Positions 52,735 through 63,179 of a stretch of DNA of 64,000 bases are shown here, one piece after another; within the stretch, counting starts at the first letter, position 1, and each line of letters starts with the position of its first letter. The notes below the pieces were generated by a model that was given only the letters and a program-made list of their open reading frames with translations, made no database searches and was not told the DNA's origin. The stretch is from an uncultured Bacilli bacterium (GTDB lineage: Bacteria > Bacillota_I > Bacilli_A > RF39 > UBA660): the NCBI GenBank assembly GCA_947629205.1, contig CANRCV010000001.1, positions 19,531 through 83,530 of the forward strand, written 5' to 3'. The position numbers were made by a program, and so were the translations under genes.

Positions 52735-53172
52735 ATGAAATTAAAAGATATACCTGTAGAAGAATTAGAAAATATGTCATATGATGATATCGCCTTTTTA
52801 ATCCTTACAGAGAAAAAGAAAAAAATGAAAATTATTGATTTATTTGAAGAGGTAGGAAAATTAATTCATCTACCCCAAGCAATGATTGAAGAAAAAATTG
52901 GAGATTTTTTTGAAATGTTAACAACTGACAAAAGATTTATTATGCTTGATAATGGAACATGGGATTTAAAAGAAAGACATGCTCAAGATATTGTTATCGA
53001 TGAAGAAGATGAAGATATTAGTACAGAAGATATGGAAGATTTAGAAGAAATGGATGAAGAAGAGGAAGATGATGATGAAATCTTCTATGATGAAGATGAC
53101 GATGATGATCATGATGATGATTTAAAAGATTTAGTTGTCATTAGTGAAGAAGATGAAGAAGATTCTATGTAG
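52735..53172 (+). CDS. rpoE: RNA polymerase delta subunit
   Basis: N-terminal HARE-HTH (...YDDIAFLIL...) followed by a long poly-Asp/Glu tail, the hallmark of RpoE-delta. Confidence 0.8.
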   Translation: MKLKDIPVEELENMSYDDIAFLILTEKKKKMKIIDLFEEVGKLIHLPQAMIEEKIGDFFEMLTTDKRFIMLDNGTWDLKERHAQDIVIDEEDEDISTEDMEDLEEMDEEEEDDDEIFYDEDDDDDHDDDLKDLVVISEEDEEDSM

Positions 53173-53225
53173 CAAGTCTTCTTTTTGTTTGTTATAATAG
53201 AATTTAGTTAGAAAGAGGAATATTT

Positions 53226-54287
53226 ATGGAAGAAAGATTAGAGGCAATTTTAAAAAGATTTAATGAAATTAAAGAAGAATTACTAAAACCAGATGTTATG
53301 CAAGATTTTAAAAAAGTAAAAGAACTTTCTAAAGAACAAAGTAATTTAGAAAGTATTGTAAATAAATATGATGAATATAAAGATGCCAATGAAAAAATTA
53401 AGGAAGCCAAAAGTTTAATGAATGATACGGAATTACGTGAAATGGCAGAATTAGAATTAGAAGAACAAACCAGTCGTTTAGAAGATATTACCAAAGAACT
53501 GGAAATTTTATTAATTCCTAAAGATGAAAATGATGGTAAAAACGTTATTATGGAAATTCGTGGTGCTGCTGGTGGCGATGAAGCAAATATCTTTGCAGGG
53601 GACTTATTTAGAATGTATACGTACTACGCTGAAAAAAACAATTGGAAAATTGAAATTATTAATGAAGTTCCAGGAACAAGTGGTGGTTTTTCTCAAGTTG
53701 AATGCATGATTAAAGGAGAAAATGTTTATTCTAAATTAAAGTATGAAAGTGGAGCTCATCGTGTACAAAGAGTACCGGAAACCGAAAGCCAAGGAAGAGT
53801 ACATACCTCTACAGCAACAGTTGTTGTCATGCCAGAGGTAGAAGACATTGATTTTGAAATAAAAGAAAGTGATTTAAAAATTGATGTATACCATTCAAGT
53901 GGTGCAGGAGGACAAAGTGTTAATACCTCAAACTCTGCCGTTCGTATTACTCACCTACCAACAAATACAGTGGTAACTTGTCAAAATGAAAGAAGCCAAA
54001 TGAAAAACAAAGAACAAGCCATGAAAATATTAAAATCTAAAATTTATGATAACTTAGAACAACAAAAATATAATGAAATGACAGAAGAAAGAAAAAATAA
54101 AGTAGGAACAGGAGATCGATCTGAAAAAATAAGAACTTATAATTATCCACAAAATAGAGTAACGGACCATCGTATTAATTTTTCCATTATGGAACTTGAT
54201 CGCGTCATGGATGGTAACTTAGATCCTATTATTACAGCATTAATTACCGAAGACCAAAGAAGAAAATTAGAGGGAGAAAATGTTTAA
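53226..54287 (+). CDS. prfA: peptide chain release factor 1
   Basis: GGQ motif (SGAGGQSVN). PxT-type recognition loop region. Confidence 0.95.
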   Translation: MEERLEAILKRFNEIKEELLKPDVMQDFKKVKELSKEQSNLESIVNKYDEYKDANEKIKEAKSLMNDTELREMAELELEEQTSRLEDITKELEILLIPKDENDGKNVIMEIRGAAGGDEANIFAGDLFRMYTYYAEKNNWKIEIINEVPGTSGGFSQVECMIKGENVYSKLKYESGAHRVQRVPETESQGRVHTSTATVVVMPEVEDIDFEIKESDLKIDVYHSSGAGGQSVNTSNSAVRITHLPTNTVVTCQNERSQMKNKEQAMKILKSKIYDNLEQQKYNEMTEERKNKVGTGDRSEKIRTYNYPQNRVTDHRINFSIMELDRVMDGNLDPIITALITEDQRRKLEGENV

Positions 54288-54993
54288 TCAAAGAACTCTT
54301 ACCGATTTAGATAAAAAATTACTACAAGAAAAATTTCCTACTACTTATGAAGAACAAATAAAAAGAGTAGAAAATGGGTATCCAATTCAATACTTACTTG
54401 GAGATGTTTCTTTTTTGAATGTACAAATAAAGGTTAATGAAAGTGTTTTAATTCCTCGATTTGAAACCGAATATTTAGTAGAAAAAGTATTAAACCGAGT
54501 AGAAAAAAATCAAAAATTAAAATGTTTGGATTTATGTACTGGAAGTGGTTGTATTGCTATTGCTATTGCCAAGAATACCAACTTTTTTTGTACGGGCATT
54601 GATATTTCAATACCTGCTTTAGAAGTAGCCAAAGAAAATGCTAAACTTAATAGTGTGGTGGTGGAATTTAAACAAATGGATATTTTAAAAGATGAAATTG
54701 AAGAAAAATACGATATTATCGTTGCCAATCCTCCCTACATAGGATTTCAAGAACCTGTGGATAACTCCACTCGTTATGAACCTCAAATGGCTCTTTTTGC
54801 AGAAGAAAATGGTCTTATTTTTTATAGAAAGATACTAGAAAACATTAAAAATACGCCAAAACTTATTGCTTTTGAAATAGGGGAAATGCAAGGTATTGCC
54901 ATAAAAAACTTAGCAATTCAAAGATTTCCAAATGCTCACATAAGTATCAAAAAGGATTTAGCAGGAAAGGATCGCTATTTGTTTATAGAATGA
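54280..54993 (+). CDS. prmC: release-factor glutamine methyltransferase PrmC (HemK)
   Basis: NPPY motif (VANPPY). Overlaps prfA. Confidence 0.8.
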   Translation: MFNQRTLTDLDKKLLQEKFPTTYEEQIKRVENGYPIQYLLGDVSFLNVQIKVNESVLIPRFETEYLVEKVLNRVEKNQKLKCLDLCTGSGCIAIAIAKNTNFFCTGIDISIPALEVAKENAKLNSVVVEFKQMDILKDEIEEKYDIIVANPPYIGFQEPVDNSTRYEPQMALFAEENGLIFYRKILENIKNTPKLIAFEIGEMQGIAIKNLAIQRFPNAHISIKKDLAGKDRYLFIE

Positions 54994-55118
54994 ATTGTTT
55001 CAAGAACTTGACAAATAGTCAAATAAACTATACAATGTTATAAGAAATTAATAACACAAGAAATTACATTTTCATTGCCTTAAAATCATATAGTGTTATT
55101 AATAAAGGAGTAATTAGA

Positions 55119-56351
55119 ATGATACAAGTAATCTATTATATATTGTTTGTCATCACCCTTTTATATGGAGTCTATTTTATCATTACTGGCTTATTTGCTT
55201 TTAAAAAAGAGGATGAAAGAAAAATTCGCTCTTTTCGAGCAAGAACAAAATTTGCTGTAATTATTGCTGCAAGAAATGAAGGCCAAGTTATAGGGGATTT
55301 AATTAAGAGCTTAAATAATCAAAATTATCCAAAAGATTTATATGATGTCTATGCTTTTGTAAATAATAGTAGTGATGATACATTTGATGTAGCCAAAGAA
55401 GCTGGAGCAACTGCTGTAGATGTAACAGTACCAGTTAAATCAAAAGGAGATGTTTTAAGATTTGCTTTTGATAAGTTAAAGAAAAAAGATTATGATGCTT
55501 ATGTCATCTTTGATGCTGATAATGTTGTCCATCCTGATTTTTTAAAATTAATGAATAATACGTATATGTCTGGTTATAAAGTTGCACAAGGTAGAAAAGA
55601 TAGTAAGAATATTGAAGACAACTGGTTAAGTGCTAGTTATTCCATTTTTTACTATATTCAAAACTTCTTTTTTAACAAAGCTAGAATGAAAGTAAACGCT
55701 GCAGCAGCAATTAATGGAACTGGATTTATGGTAGCCAAAAGTATAATGGATGAAGGATTTGATCCTAAAACCGTTACAGAAGATATTGAACTTTCTATTC
55801 AATGTGTTTTAAAAGGTTATGAAATTGCTTATGTAGAAGATGCTATTACTTATGATGAGCAACCAATTAAATTTGTAGATTCATGGCATCAAAGAAGCCG
55901 TTGGAGTAAAGGAATTATTGAATGTAATCGTCTATATAGAAAACCATTACTTAAAAAATGGATTAAAGATAAAGATTTTTCTAGTTTAGATAAATTTATG
56001 TTTAGTTTTGCTCCTTATATTCAAGTATTAGGTGTATGCTTATCTATAGCTTTATTCTTCTTCTATATATTTGGTATTGAATTAAATGATATTTTCTCTT
56101 ATTTCTTCTCATTAGGTTATATATGTTTTGTAATTGGTTATTTAACAGATATTATTATGAACATCTTTGTTGTATTGTTCTATAAAAGAGATTTAGAGGA
56201 TGCTATTCATGGAATACTATTATTTATTGTTTTCTTCTTAACATGGATTCCTATCAATGCCATTTGCTTATTTAAAAAAGATTTAAAATGGGTAGAAATT
56301 TCTCATAATCGTAAAGCAAATATTGATTCTTTAGTAAAAGAAAATGAATAA
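55119..56351 (+). CDS. family-2 glycosyltransferase, membrane-embedded processive type (QxxRW motif)
   Basis: N-terminal TM. DxD (FDADN). Q(R/Q)xRW (HQRSRWSKG). Three to four C-terminal TM helices. Confidence 0.7.
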   Translation: MIQVIYYILFVITLLYGVYFIITGLFAFKKEDERKIRSFRARTKFAVIIAARNEGQVIGDLIKSLNNQNYPKDLYDVYAFVNNSSDDTFDVAKEAGATAVDVTVPVKSKGDVLRFAFDKLKKKDYDAYVIFDADNVVHPDFLKLMNNTYMSGYKVAQGRKDSKNIEDNWLSASYSIFYYIQNFFFNKARMKVNAAAAINGTGFMVAKSIMDEGFDPKTVTEDIELSIQCVLKGYEIAYVEDAITYDEQPIKFVDSWHQRSRWSKGIIECNRLYRKPLLKKWIKDKDFSSLDKFMFSFAPYIQVLGVCLSIALFFFYIFGIELNDIFSYFFSLGYICFVIGYLTDIIMNIFVVLFYKRDLEDAIHGILLFIVFFLTWIPINAICLFKKDLKWVEISHNRKANIDSLVKENE

Positions 56352-56399
56352 TTTGAATAAAAAATAAAAAAATAAGACATTATTATTTAGGTGAATAAA

Positions 56400-56909
56400 A
56401 TGAAAAAAATAATAATTGTCTTATTTTTATTTGTCTGTTTATTTTTATTAACACAAGGAAAAGAAGAATATATTATTCCAGATAGTGCTATACGATTACG
56501 TGTTATTGCCAGTAGTAATACATTTGAAGATCAAGCAACTAAAATGGAAATTAAAAACAACATTGAAACCATATTACAACAAGATTTAACCAAACGACAA
56601 ACAAAAGAGGAAGCAACTTTAAATATTCAAAATAACCTTCCTAAAATTAAAACCATGTTAAATAATTATAATTTGGATTATAAAATGAATTATGGAAAAA
56701 ATTATTTCCCAGAAAAAACATACAAAGGAGTAAAATATGAAGAAGGAATGTATGAATCTTTAGTAGTAACTTTAGGTAGTGGTGAAGGAGAAAATTGGTG
56801 GTGTGTACTTTTTCCACCTCTATGTTTTATTGATGAAAGTAAAATAGAAAATAAAGAAAATATGAACTATGCTTTTTTTGTCAAAGAATTATTTCAAAAA
56901 TATATGTAA
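56400..56909 (+). CDS. spoIIR: stage II sporulation protein R
   Basis: Signal peptide. Hallmark motif GENWWCVLFPPLCF. Start set at ATG 56400 (RBS AGGTGA). Confidence 0.75.
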   Translation: MKKIIIVLFLFVCLFLLTQGKEEYIIPDSAIRLRVIASSNTFEDQATKMEIKNNIETILQQDLTKRQTKEEATLNIQNNLPKIKTMLNNYNLDYKMNYGKNYFPEKTYKGVKYEEGMYESLVVTLGSGEGENWWCVLFPPLCFIDESKIENKENMNYAFFVKELFQKYM

Positions 56910-56955
56910 TTTTTAAAAAATTCTTCTAGTATATTTAATTAGGAGGATTTTTTTA

Positions 56956-57495
56956 ATGAAAGAAATAATGACATTATTTACAATTGCTATTGCACTTAGT
57001 ATGGATACTTTTTCTCTTTCTTTAGGAATTGGTACAGGTTCTATTTCTAAAAAAAGATGTCTTTTATTTGCTATCATTGTTGGTATTATGCATTTTATCA
57101 TGCCTTTAATTGGAAATATGATTGGCATAAAATTAGTAGAAATTTTTATGTTAAAAAGTAATTTTTTATTAGGAATTATTTTAATTTACTTAGCTATTAC
57201 CATGTTGATTGAATTAATAAAACCGGAACAAAAAGAAAAAAATATGACTATACTAAATATGTTTTTATTTGCTCTAGGAGTATCCATTGATAGTTTTTCT
57301 ACTGGCATTGGCTTAAGTGCAATTACTTCCAATATGTTTTTAGCAGTAACTATATTTTCTATTACTAGTTTTTTATTTACTTATATTGGATTATTAATTG
57401 GAAAATACGCAAGTCACTTATTAGGAGCTTATGCAACTGTTTTTGGAGCAATTTTACTGATTGCGATTGGTTTCTTTCATTTATGTAAATATTAA
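56956..57495 (+). CDS. MntP/YtaF-family (DUF204) membrane protein, putative Mn efflux pump
   Basis: Two tandem repeats of the ...LSMDTFS.../...VSIDSFS... motif across six TM helices. Confidence 0.6.
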   Translation: MKEIMTLFTIAIALSMDTFSLSLGIGTGSISKKRCLLFAIIVGIMHFIMPLIGNMIGIKLVEIFMLKSNFLLGIILIYLAITMLIELIKPEQKEKNMTILNMFLFALGVSIDSFSTGIGLSAITSNMFLAVTIFSITSFLFTYIGLLIGKYASHLLGAYATVFGAILLIAIGFFHLCKY

Positions 57496-57558
57496 TATTC
57501 TTGAATTGCAAAACATATAATTAAATTATATAATTATAGAATAAAGGAATGTGATTTG

Positions 57559-58815
57559 ATGCAAAAATTAGTTATTCAAGGTGGAAACACATTAGAGGGA
57601 ACAATACGTATTAATGGAGCAAAAAATAGTGTAGTTGCTCTTTTACCTGCAGCCATTTTAAGTGATGAAGAAACCATTATTTATAATGTTCCTAAAATTA
57701 CAGATGTTGATGTATTAAAAGAAATAATTGAACTTTTAAATGGAAAATTAGTAGTAGAAAAAGATTCTATTAAAATTGATTCGAGTCATATTATAAACAC
57801 AACCATTCCCGAAGAATTATCAAATAAATTAAGAGCTTCTTACTATTTTATGGGGGCACTACTTGCTAAATTTAAACATGTTGAAATTTATTTCCCTGGA
57901 GGATGTAATTTTGGGGCTCGTCAAATTGATTTTCATTTAAAAGGATTTGAACTTTTAGGGGCTACAATTAAAGAAGAAAATAATAAATTTATTATTGATG
58001 CTAAAGAATTAATAGGTTGTCCTATTGCCCTAAATTTTGCTAGTGTAGGAGCTACGATTAACTTAATGCTTGCAGCAGTAAAAGCTAAAGGTCAAACCAC
58101 TATTTATAATGCTGCCAAAGAACCAGAGATTGTCAATGTTGCTTCTTTTTTAAACAATATGGGAGCCAAAATTCGTGGAGCAGGAACAAGTACAATAAAG
58201 ATTACAGGAGTAGAAAAATTAGGACATGCAATGGTCGATGTTATTCCTGATCGAATAGAAGCTGGAACTTATATTATTGCTGGTGCATTATTAGGAAAAA
58301 ATTTAACAATTTCGAATATTATTCCTGAACATTTATCTAGTTTACTTGCCAAATTAAAAGAAATGAATGTTGAGTATACCCAAACAATTGATTCGATTAC
58401 GATTAATAAATGTACTAACTTAAAAGCTACCAATATTACAACGGGAGTATATCCAGGTTATCCAACGGATTTAGCGCAACCCATCTGTGTATTACTTGCA
58501 AATGCTAAGGGAACAAGTAAAGTAACTGAAACCATTTATGCAAAAAGAATGGGGCATGTCAAATACTTACAACAAATGGGTGCTAATATAACGATTCAAG
58601 AGAATACTGAAATTATAGAAGGACCAACAAAGTTTTATGGAACGAATGTGGAAGCAAGTGATTTAAGAGCAGGAGCAACTCTTTTCCTAGCTGCTTTAGT
58701 TGCAGACGGAGAAACAACCATAACAAACATTCAATATATTTTAAGAGGATATGAAAACTTAGTCAAAAAACTTTCAAACGTTGGTGCTAATATAACAATA
58801 AAAGAAATAGAATAG
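57559..58815 (+). CDS. murA: UDP-N-acetylglucosamine 1-carboxyvinyltransferase
   Basis: ...IQGGNTLEGTIRINGAKNS... Active-site Cys region. 418 aa. Confidence 0.9.
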   Translation: MQKLVIQGGNTLEGTIRINGAKNSVVALLPAAILSDEETIIYNVPKITDVDVLKEIIELLNGKLVVEKDSIKIDSSHIINTTIPEELSNKLRASYYFMGALLAKFKHVEIYFPGGCNFGARQIDFHLKGFELLGATIKEENNKFIIDAKELIGCPIALNFASVGATINLMLAAVKAKGQTTIYNAAKEPEIVNVASFLNNMGAKIRGAGTSTIKITGVEKLGHAMVDVIPDRIEAGTYIIAGALLGKNLTISNIIPEHLSSLLAKLKEMNVEYTQTIDSITINKCTNLKATNITTGVYPGYPTDLAQPICVLLANAKGTSKVTETIYAKRMGHVKYLQQMGANITIQENTEIIEGPTKFYGTNVEASDLRAGATLFLAALVADGETTITNIQYILRGYENLVKKLSNVGANITIKEIE

Positions 58816-58848
58816 TAGTAGAAACTACTATTTTTTTATGGGGGAAAT

Positions 58849-59556
58849 ATGAAATATAAAATATTAACCATTATTTTTTTAGGAATACTCTTTACCACTT
58901 TAATCTATTTTTATACTGATAAAGATAACTTAAATTATCTTGCTTTAGGAGACGGACTTTCTACAGGTATGACCTCTTATCATGTAGAAGGATATAATTA
59001 CAATGATTATATGATAGAGTATTTAAATGAAAATAATCAATTAGAAGAATACTATAAAAATTTTAATGAAATTGATGAAACAGCAAGTAGTTTAGTAAAT
59101 AAAATTAATAACAATATAGAAAATATTGATCAAAATATAAAAATAAAACAAGCAATAAAAGAAGCCGATATTATAACAATTGCTTTAGGAATGGATGAAT
59201 TAAATAATTATGCTAAAAAGAATAATTTAGGTTCTACTAAAATAAATGGTTTTATAAAAAAATATGAGCAAGTTTTAAAACAAATTCGCCGATTAAATGA
59301 TAAAAAAGTGTATGTATTAGGTTTATATGAAACAAGTAATATAAAAAAGAGTAAAATTAGTAAAATAAATGAGGAAATAAAAAATTTATGTTCTAAGTAT
59401 AAAGCTATTTTTATTGATTTAAGTTCCATAACTGAGTACAAAGAATTTTTTGCCAATAAAAAAGATTATTACTTAACTTATAAAGGACAAGAATATATTT
59501 TCAATTTAATTCGTAATGAATTAGAAAAACCAGTATTTCATGAAACAATTATTTAA
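58849..59556 (+). CDS. membrane-anchored hypothetical protein, possibly a degenerate SGNH/GDSL-like hydrolase
   Basis: N-terminal TM. LALGDGLSTG resembles SGNH block I. Other blocks are unclear. Confidence 0.3.
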   Translation: MKYKILTIIFLGILFTTLIYFYTDKDNLNYLALGDGLSTGMTSYHVEGYNYNDYMIEYLNENNQLEEYYKNFNEIDETASSLVNKINNNIENIDQNIKIKQAIKEADIITIALGMDELNNYAKKNNLGSTKINGFIKKYEQVLKQIRRLNDKKVYVLGLYETSNIKKSKISKINEEIKNLCSKYKAIFIDLSSITEYKEFFANKKDYYLTYKGQEYIFNLIRNELEKPVFHETII

Positions 59557-59678
59557 ATTGATAAGTATTTCATCAATACTTGTTGCATAAAATAGTTGCT
59601 TATTCAATAAAATATGATATAATACATTAGAAAGAAATTACTATGCCTAGGAATTAGGTATGGCGAAAGGAGCGAATT

Positions 59679-59897
59679 ATGAAAGCAAATATTCATCCAG
59701 AAATGAAAGAAGCAACAATTAAATGTGCTTGTGGTGCTACCTTTAAAACAAGATCTACAAAAGAAAACATTGAAGTTGAAATTTGTAGCGAATGTCATCC
59801 TTTTTATACAGGAAAACAAGGAAATGCTAAAAGAACTGGTAATATTGAAAAATTTAACCGTAAATATGGTTTAAATAATGATAACAAAACTGCCTAG
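59679..59897 (+). CDS. rpmE: 50S ribosomal protein L31 (Zn-ribbon type, CxxC...CxxC)
   Basis: MKANIHPE... A terminator hairpin with a T-run follows at about 59885-59910. Confidence 0.9.
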   Translation: MKANIHPEMKEATIKCACGATFKTRSTKENIEVEICSECHPFYTGKQGNAKRTGNIEKFNRKYGLNNDNKTA

Positions 59898-59961
59898 GGT
59901 AGTTTTTTTGTGTTATAATGAAATTGAAACAATACATTTCTTATAAGAAAGGAAGAAATAT

Positions 59962-60417
59962 ATGGAAATATTTATTGGTTCTGATCATCGAGGAGTAGCC
60001 TTAAAGCAAGAAATTATAAAAAGCCTAGAAGAGGATGGCTTTAAAGTTTATGATACAAAATTAACGAATAATGAAATGGATGATTATCCAGATTTTGCTT
60101 TTGAGGTAGGAGAAAATGTAATTAAAAATAAAAATGCTTTAGGAATTTTAATTTGTGGTAATGGTATAGGAATTAGTATCGCTGCAAATAAAGTAAAAGG
60201 CATTCGTTGTGCTAGAGTTTTAACTGAAGATGATGCTTTTAAATCCAAAAATCATAATGGTGCAAATGTAATTGCTATTGGAGCAGAAATGACTCTTAGA
60301 AAAGCAATGGAAATTATTAATGTCTTTATTAGTACAAAATCTACAAGTGAAGAAAGACATTTAAAAAGAATTCATAAAATCATAAAATATGAGGAAGGAC
60401 AATATAATGAACTATAA
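59962..60417 (+). CDS. rpiB: ribose-5-phosphate isomerase B (RpiB/LacAB family)
   Basis: ...IFIGSDHRG... and ...ILICGNGIGISIAANK... motifs. Confidence 0.85.
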   Translation: MEIFIGSDHRGVALKQEIIKSLEEDGFKVYDTKLTNNEMDDYPDFAFEVGENVIKNKNALGILICGNGIGISIAANKVKGIRCARVLTEDDAFKSKNHNGANVIAIGAEMTLRKAMEIINVFISTKSTSEERHLKRIHKIIKYEEGQYNEL

Positions 60418-60604
60418 GTTAATTGTTTATACATTTACAATTTTATTAAATATTTTTGCTTTAAGTGGAATTAACTTTGAAAAATTTATAAAAAAAGATC
60501 GAATATGGGAGACAAGAATTTTAGTTATGATTCTTTCTTTTGTACTAGCTTATTTATTAACGAATTTTATATTTGATTTTTTAAGTGTAAGTAAAATGAC
60601 TTAA
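60407..60604 (+). CDS. small hypothetical membrane protein (two TM helices)
   Basis: ORF track only. Start uncertain. Confidence 0.3.
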   Translation: MNYKLIVYTFTILLNIFALSGINFEKFIKKDRIWETRILVMILSFVLAYLLTNFIFDFLSVSKMT

Positions 60605-60617
60605 AGGAGAAAAGAAA

Positions 60618-61529
60618 ATGAGAAATAAAATACTTTTGGTTGTCGTTTTGCTTTTAGGAATTGTTACAGGAGTAGTGGTGCGTTGTAAGAAAAAAACGGA
60701 CCACTCTTTTTTTTCGCAAGAAGAAACGATTAAAGTCAAAACAAAGGAAGAAGAAATACAAGAATTAAATTTAGAAACTTATTTAATAGGTGTTCTTGCA
60801 GCAGAAATGCCTGCTTCCTTTGAAGAAGAAGCCCTAAAAGCCCAAGCTGTCGCTTCAAGAACCTATGCCCTTTATAAAATAAAACATAGTACGGAGGATT
60901 ATGATATAGTTAGTGATGTAACAAATCAATCTTTTATAAATGAAGAAGAAATGAAAGAAAAATGGTTAGATAACTATGATTACTATTACAATCGTATTAA
61001 AAACGCTATTGATAATACCAAAGAAGAAATATTAACGTATCATGGAGAAATTATAGAAGCATTTTATTTTGCAATGAGTAATGGGGCAACAGAAGATGTC
61101 CAAAGTGTATTTGGAGAAACTCTTCCTTATATTAAATCTGTTTCTTCTTCATGGGAAGATGAATCTTTACATAATTTTTTAGTTAATAAAACAATTTCTA
61201 AAAGTGAATTTTGTAAGTTATTACAACTTAATACTTGTAATACAATTCAAATTGATGCTATTAATCGTAGTGCAACACATCGTGTAAGAACCATTTCCAT
61301 TAATAATAAAGTATTTAAAGGAACTGAGATAAGAACTCTTTTAAATCTTCGTAGTACGGATTTTACCATTGAAGAACAAAATGATTATTTCATTATTAGT
61401 ACAAAAGGATATGGACATGGAGTTGGTATGAGTCAATATGGTGCTAATGGAATGGCTAAAGCTGGTTATAACTATGAAGAAATATTAAAATATTATTACA
61501 ATGATGTCGAATTAAATAAAATGGTATAA
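60618..61529 (+). CDS. spoIID: stage II sporulation protein D (SpoIID/LytB domain lytic transglycosylase)
   Basis: N-terminal TM. ...AEMPASFEEEALKAQAVASRTYAL... and ...GYGHGVGMSQYGANGMA... motifs. Confidence 0.8.
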   Translation: MRNKILLVVVLLLGIVTGVVVRCKKKTDHSFFSQEETIKVKTKEEEIQELNLETYLIGVLAAEMPASFEEEALKAQAVASRTYALYKIKHSTEDYDIVSDVTNQSFINEEEMKEKWLDNYDYYYNRIKNAIDNTKEEILTYHGEIIEAFYFAMSNGATEDVQSVFGETLPYIKSVSSSWEDESLHNFLVNKTISKSEFCKLLQLNTCNTIQIDAINRSATHRVRTISINNKVFKGTEIRTLLNLRSTDFTIEEQNDYFIISTKGYGHGVGMSQYGANGMAKAGYNYEEILKYYYNDVELNKMV

Positions 61530-61573
61530 ATTTCCTTCTTTTGGGTGACACTATCTAACAGGAAGGTGATGAA

Positions 61574-62203
61574 ATGACAAAAAGAAGATTAAAAGGTAGC
61601 GTAAAAAGATGTTTGTTTGTATTGGGAATAACCATGTTTTTTCTTTCTTTCTTTTTAATAACTAAAAATTTAAAATCAAGCAATGAAAATGATGATGTTT
61701 TCGTAATGGATGCTGTTTTAGATCCAATTGTTCCTGTAACCAATATGGAAAATACGGAACAATTCACACGTCCTTATACAAGCGATAAAGTAAAAATTAG
61801 TAAATACTTTTATAGCAAGGATGATACAACAGAAAAACAAGAGAATTCTTTAATTTATTATGAAAATACCTATTTACAAAATAGTGGAGTTATTTATGGA
61901 TGTGAAGAAGAATTTAGTGTTGTTTCTGTTTATGATGGAACTATCATTGATGTAAAACAAGATGATATTTTAAATACTATTGTCTATGTTTCACATAATA
62001 ATAGTTTAACAACCATTTATTATGGATTAAAAGATGTTCAAGTAAAAGTAAATGATGCTATTAGTAAAAATACAGTCTTAGGAACGAGTAATACCAATAA
62101 ATTTGCTACCGATAAATATTCCTTCTTATTTGAGGTAAATGTGGATGGTAAAGTATTAAATCCAGAAACTTTTTATACAATGAATATAAATGAATTAAAT
62201 TAA
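61574..62203 (+). CDS. membrane-anchored M23/LytM-domain protein (possibly SpoIIQ-like; catalytic residues not verifiable by eye)
   Basis: N-terminal TM. The C-terminal ...VYVSHNNSLTTIYYGLKDVQVKVNDAISKNTVLGTS... resembles the LytM core. Located between spoIID and spoIIID. Confidence 0.45.
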   Translation: MTKRRLKGSVKRCLFVLGITMFFLSFFLITKNLKSSNENDDVFVMDAVLDPIVPVTNMENTEQFTRPYTSDKVKISKYFYSKDDTTEKQENSLIYYENTYLQNSGVIYGCEEEFSVVSVYDGTIIDVKQDDILNTIVYVSHNNSLTTIYYGLKDVQVKVNDAISKNTVLGTSNTNKFATDKYSFLFEVNVDGKVLNPETFYTMNINELN

Positions 62204-62254
62204 GAATAGAGAACCCCTAAAATAAATAAAGTTTATTAAGGGGTTGTTTAAATC

Positions 62255-62515
62255 ATGAAAGAACATTTAAATAATAGGGCGCAAGAAGAAGCAAAATACT
62301 TAATTAAAACACAAAAAACCATTCGTGAGGTAGCAAAGTATTTTCATTTAAGTAAAAGTACAGTACATAAAGATTTACAAGAACGATTAGAAAAAATTTC
62401 TCCTTTTTTATTTAATCAAGTACGTCCTATTTTAATTACCCATTTAAAAACAAGACATATTAAAGGAGGAGAATCAACAAAATTAAAATATTTACAGAAA
62501 CAAGAGAGTGAATAA
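62255..62515 (+). CDS. spoIIID: stage III sporulation protein D (small HTH regulator)
   Basis: ...IREVAKYFHLSKSTVHKDLQERL... and ...HIKGGESTKLKY are near-identical to B. subtilis SpoIIID. Confidence 0.85.
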   Translation: MKEHLNNRAQEEAKYLIKTQKTIREVAKYFHLSKSTVHKDLQERLEKISPFLFNQVRPILITHLKTRHIKGGESTKLKYLQKQESE

Positions 62516-62516
62516 A

Positions 62517-63113
62517 ATGAAAAAAATACAATATATTATTTCTATTTTTGATAATAAAGTTTATGTATATGATCAAAAAAAAGATAAGGTTTATAAAAGT
62601 GTATTTAAAAGTTTAAAGCAAGAGTTAATTATAGATAAAGAACTTTTTATTGAAGAATGGAATCGATTTATGAAAACAAATTCTATGAAAGTTACTTTAT
62701 TTGGTTTAAATATTCTTTTTATAAAAAATGAAAATATTCCTTCCTTAATTTTAAATACTTACAAAGAAATATGGAAAGAATACTTTCATAAAATAGAATT
62801 AATAGATATTAAAGATATAGTAAATATGGAAAAAGAAAAAGCTTACCTATTTATCCACAAAGATTATATAGATTACTATTTTTCTAAAAAACAAGAAAAA
62901 TATTGTTATCGTATTTATTTAAATGTATTTCAAAATCAAGTAGAAAAAGCGATACGACATATCTATATGAATCTTTATAAACCAAAACGATTAATGGTTC
63001 TAGGAGAGGATAATATTTCTAAAATAGCAGAAGAAATACACAAAACTTATAAGATAGATACTACATTTCCTGAAAAATATTATTATTATTTATTTGAAGA
63101 ATGCAAAATATAA
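62517..63113 (+). CDS. hypothetical protein (~199 aa)
   Basis: ORF track. Start moved to ATG 62517. No family recognised. Confidence 0.4.
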   Translation: MKKIQYIISIFDNKVYVYDQKKDKVYKSVFKSLKQELIIDKELFIEEWNRFMKTNSMKVTLFGLNILFIKNENIPSLILNTYKEIWKEYFHKIELIDIKDIVNMEKEKAYLFIHKDYIDYYFSKKQEKYCYRIYLNVFQNQVEKAIRHIYMNLYKPKRLMVLGEDNISKIAEEIHKTYKIDTTFPEKYYYYLFEECKI

Positions 63114-63179
63114 CTATTTTGTATTTTTTTGAATTATTTTGTGATATAATTGCAGATAGTAAACAGGATATAGAAGTAG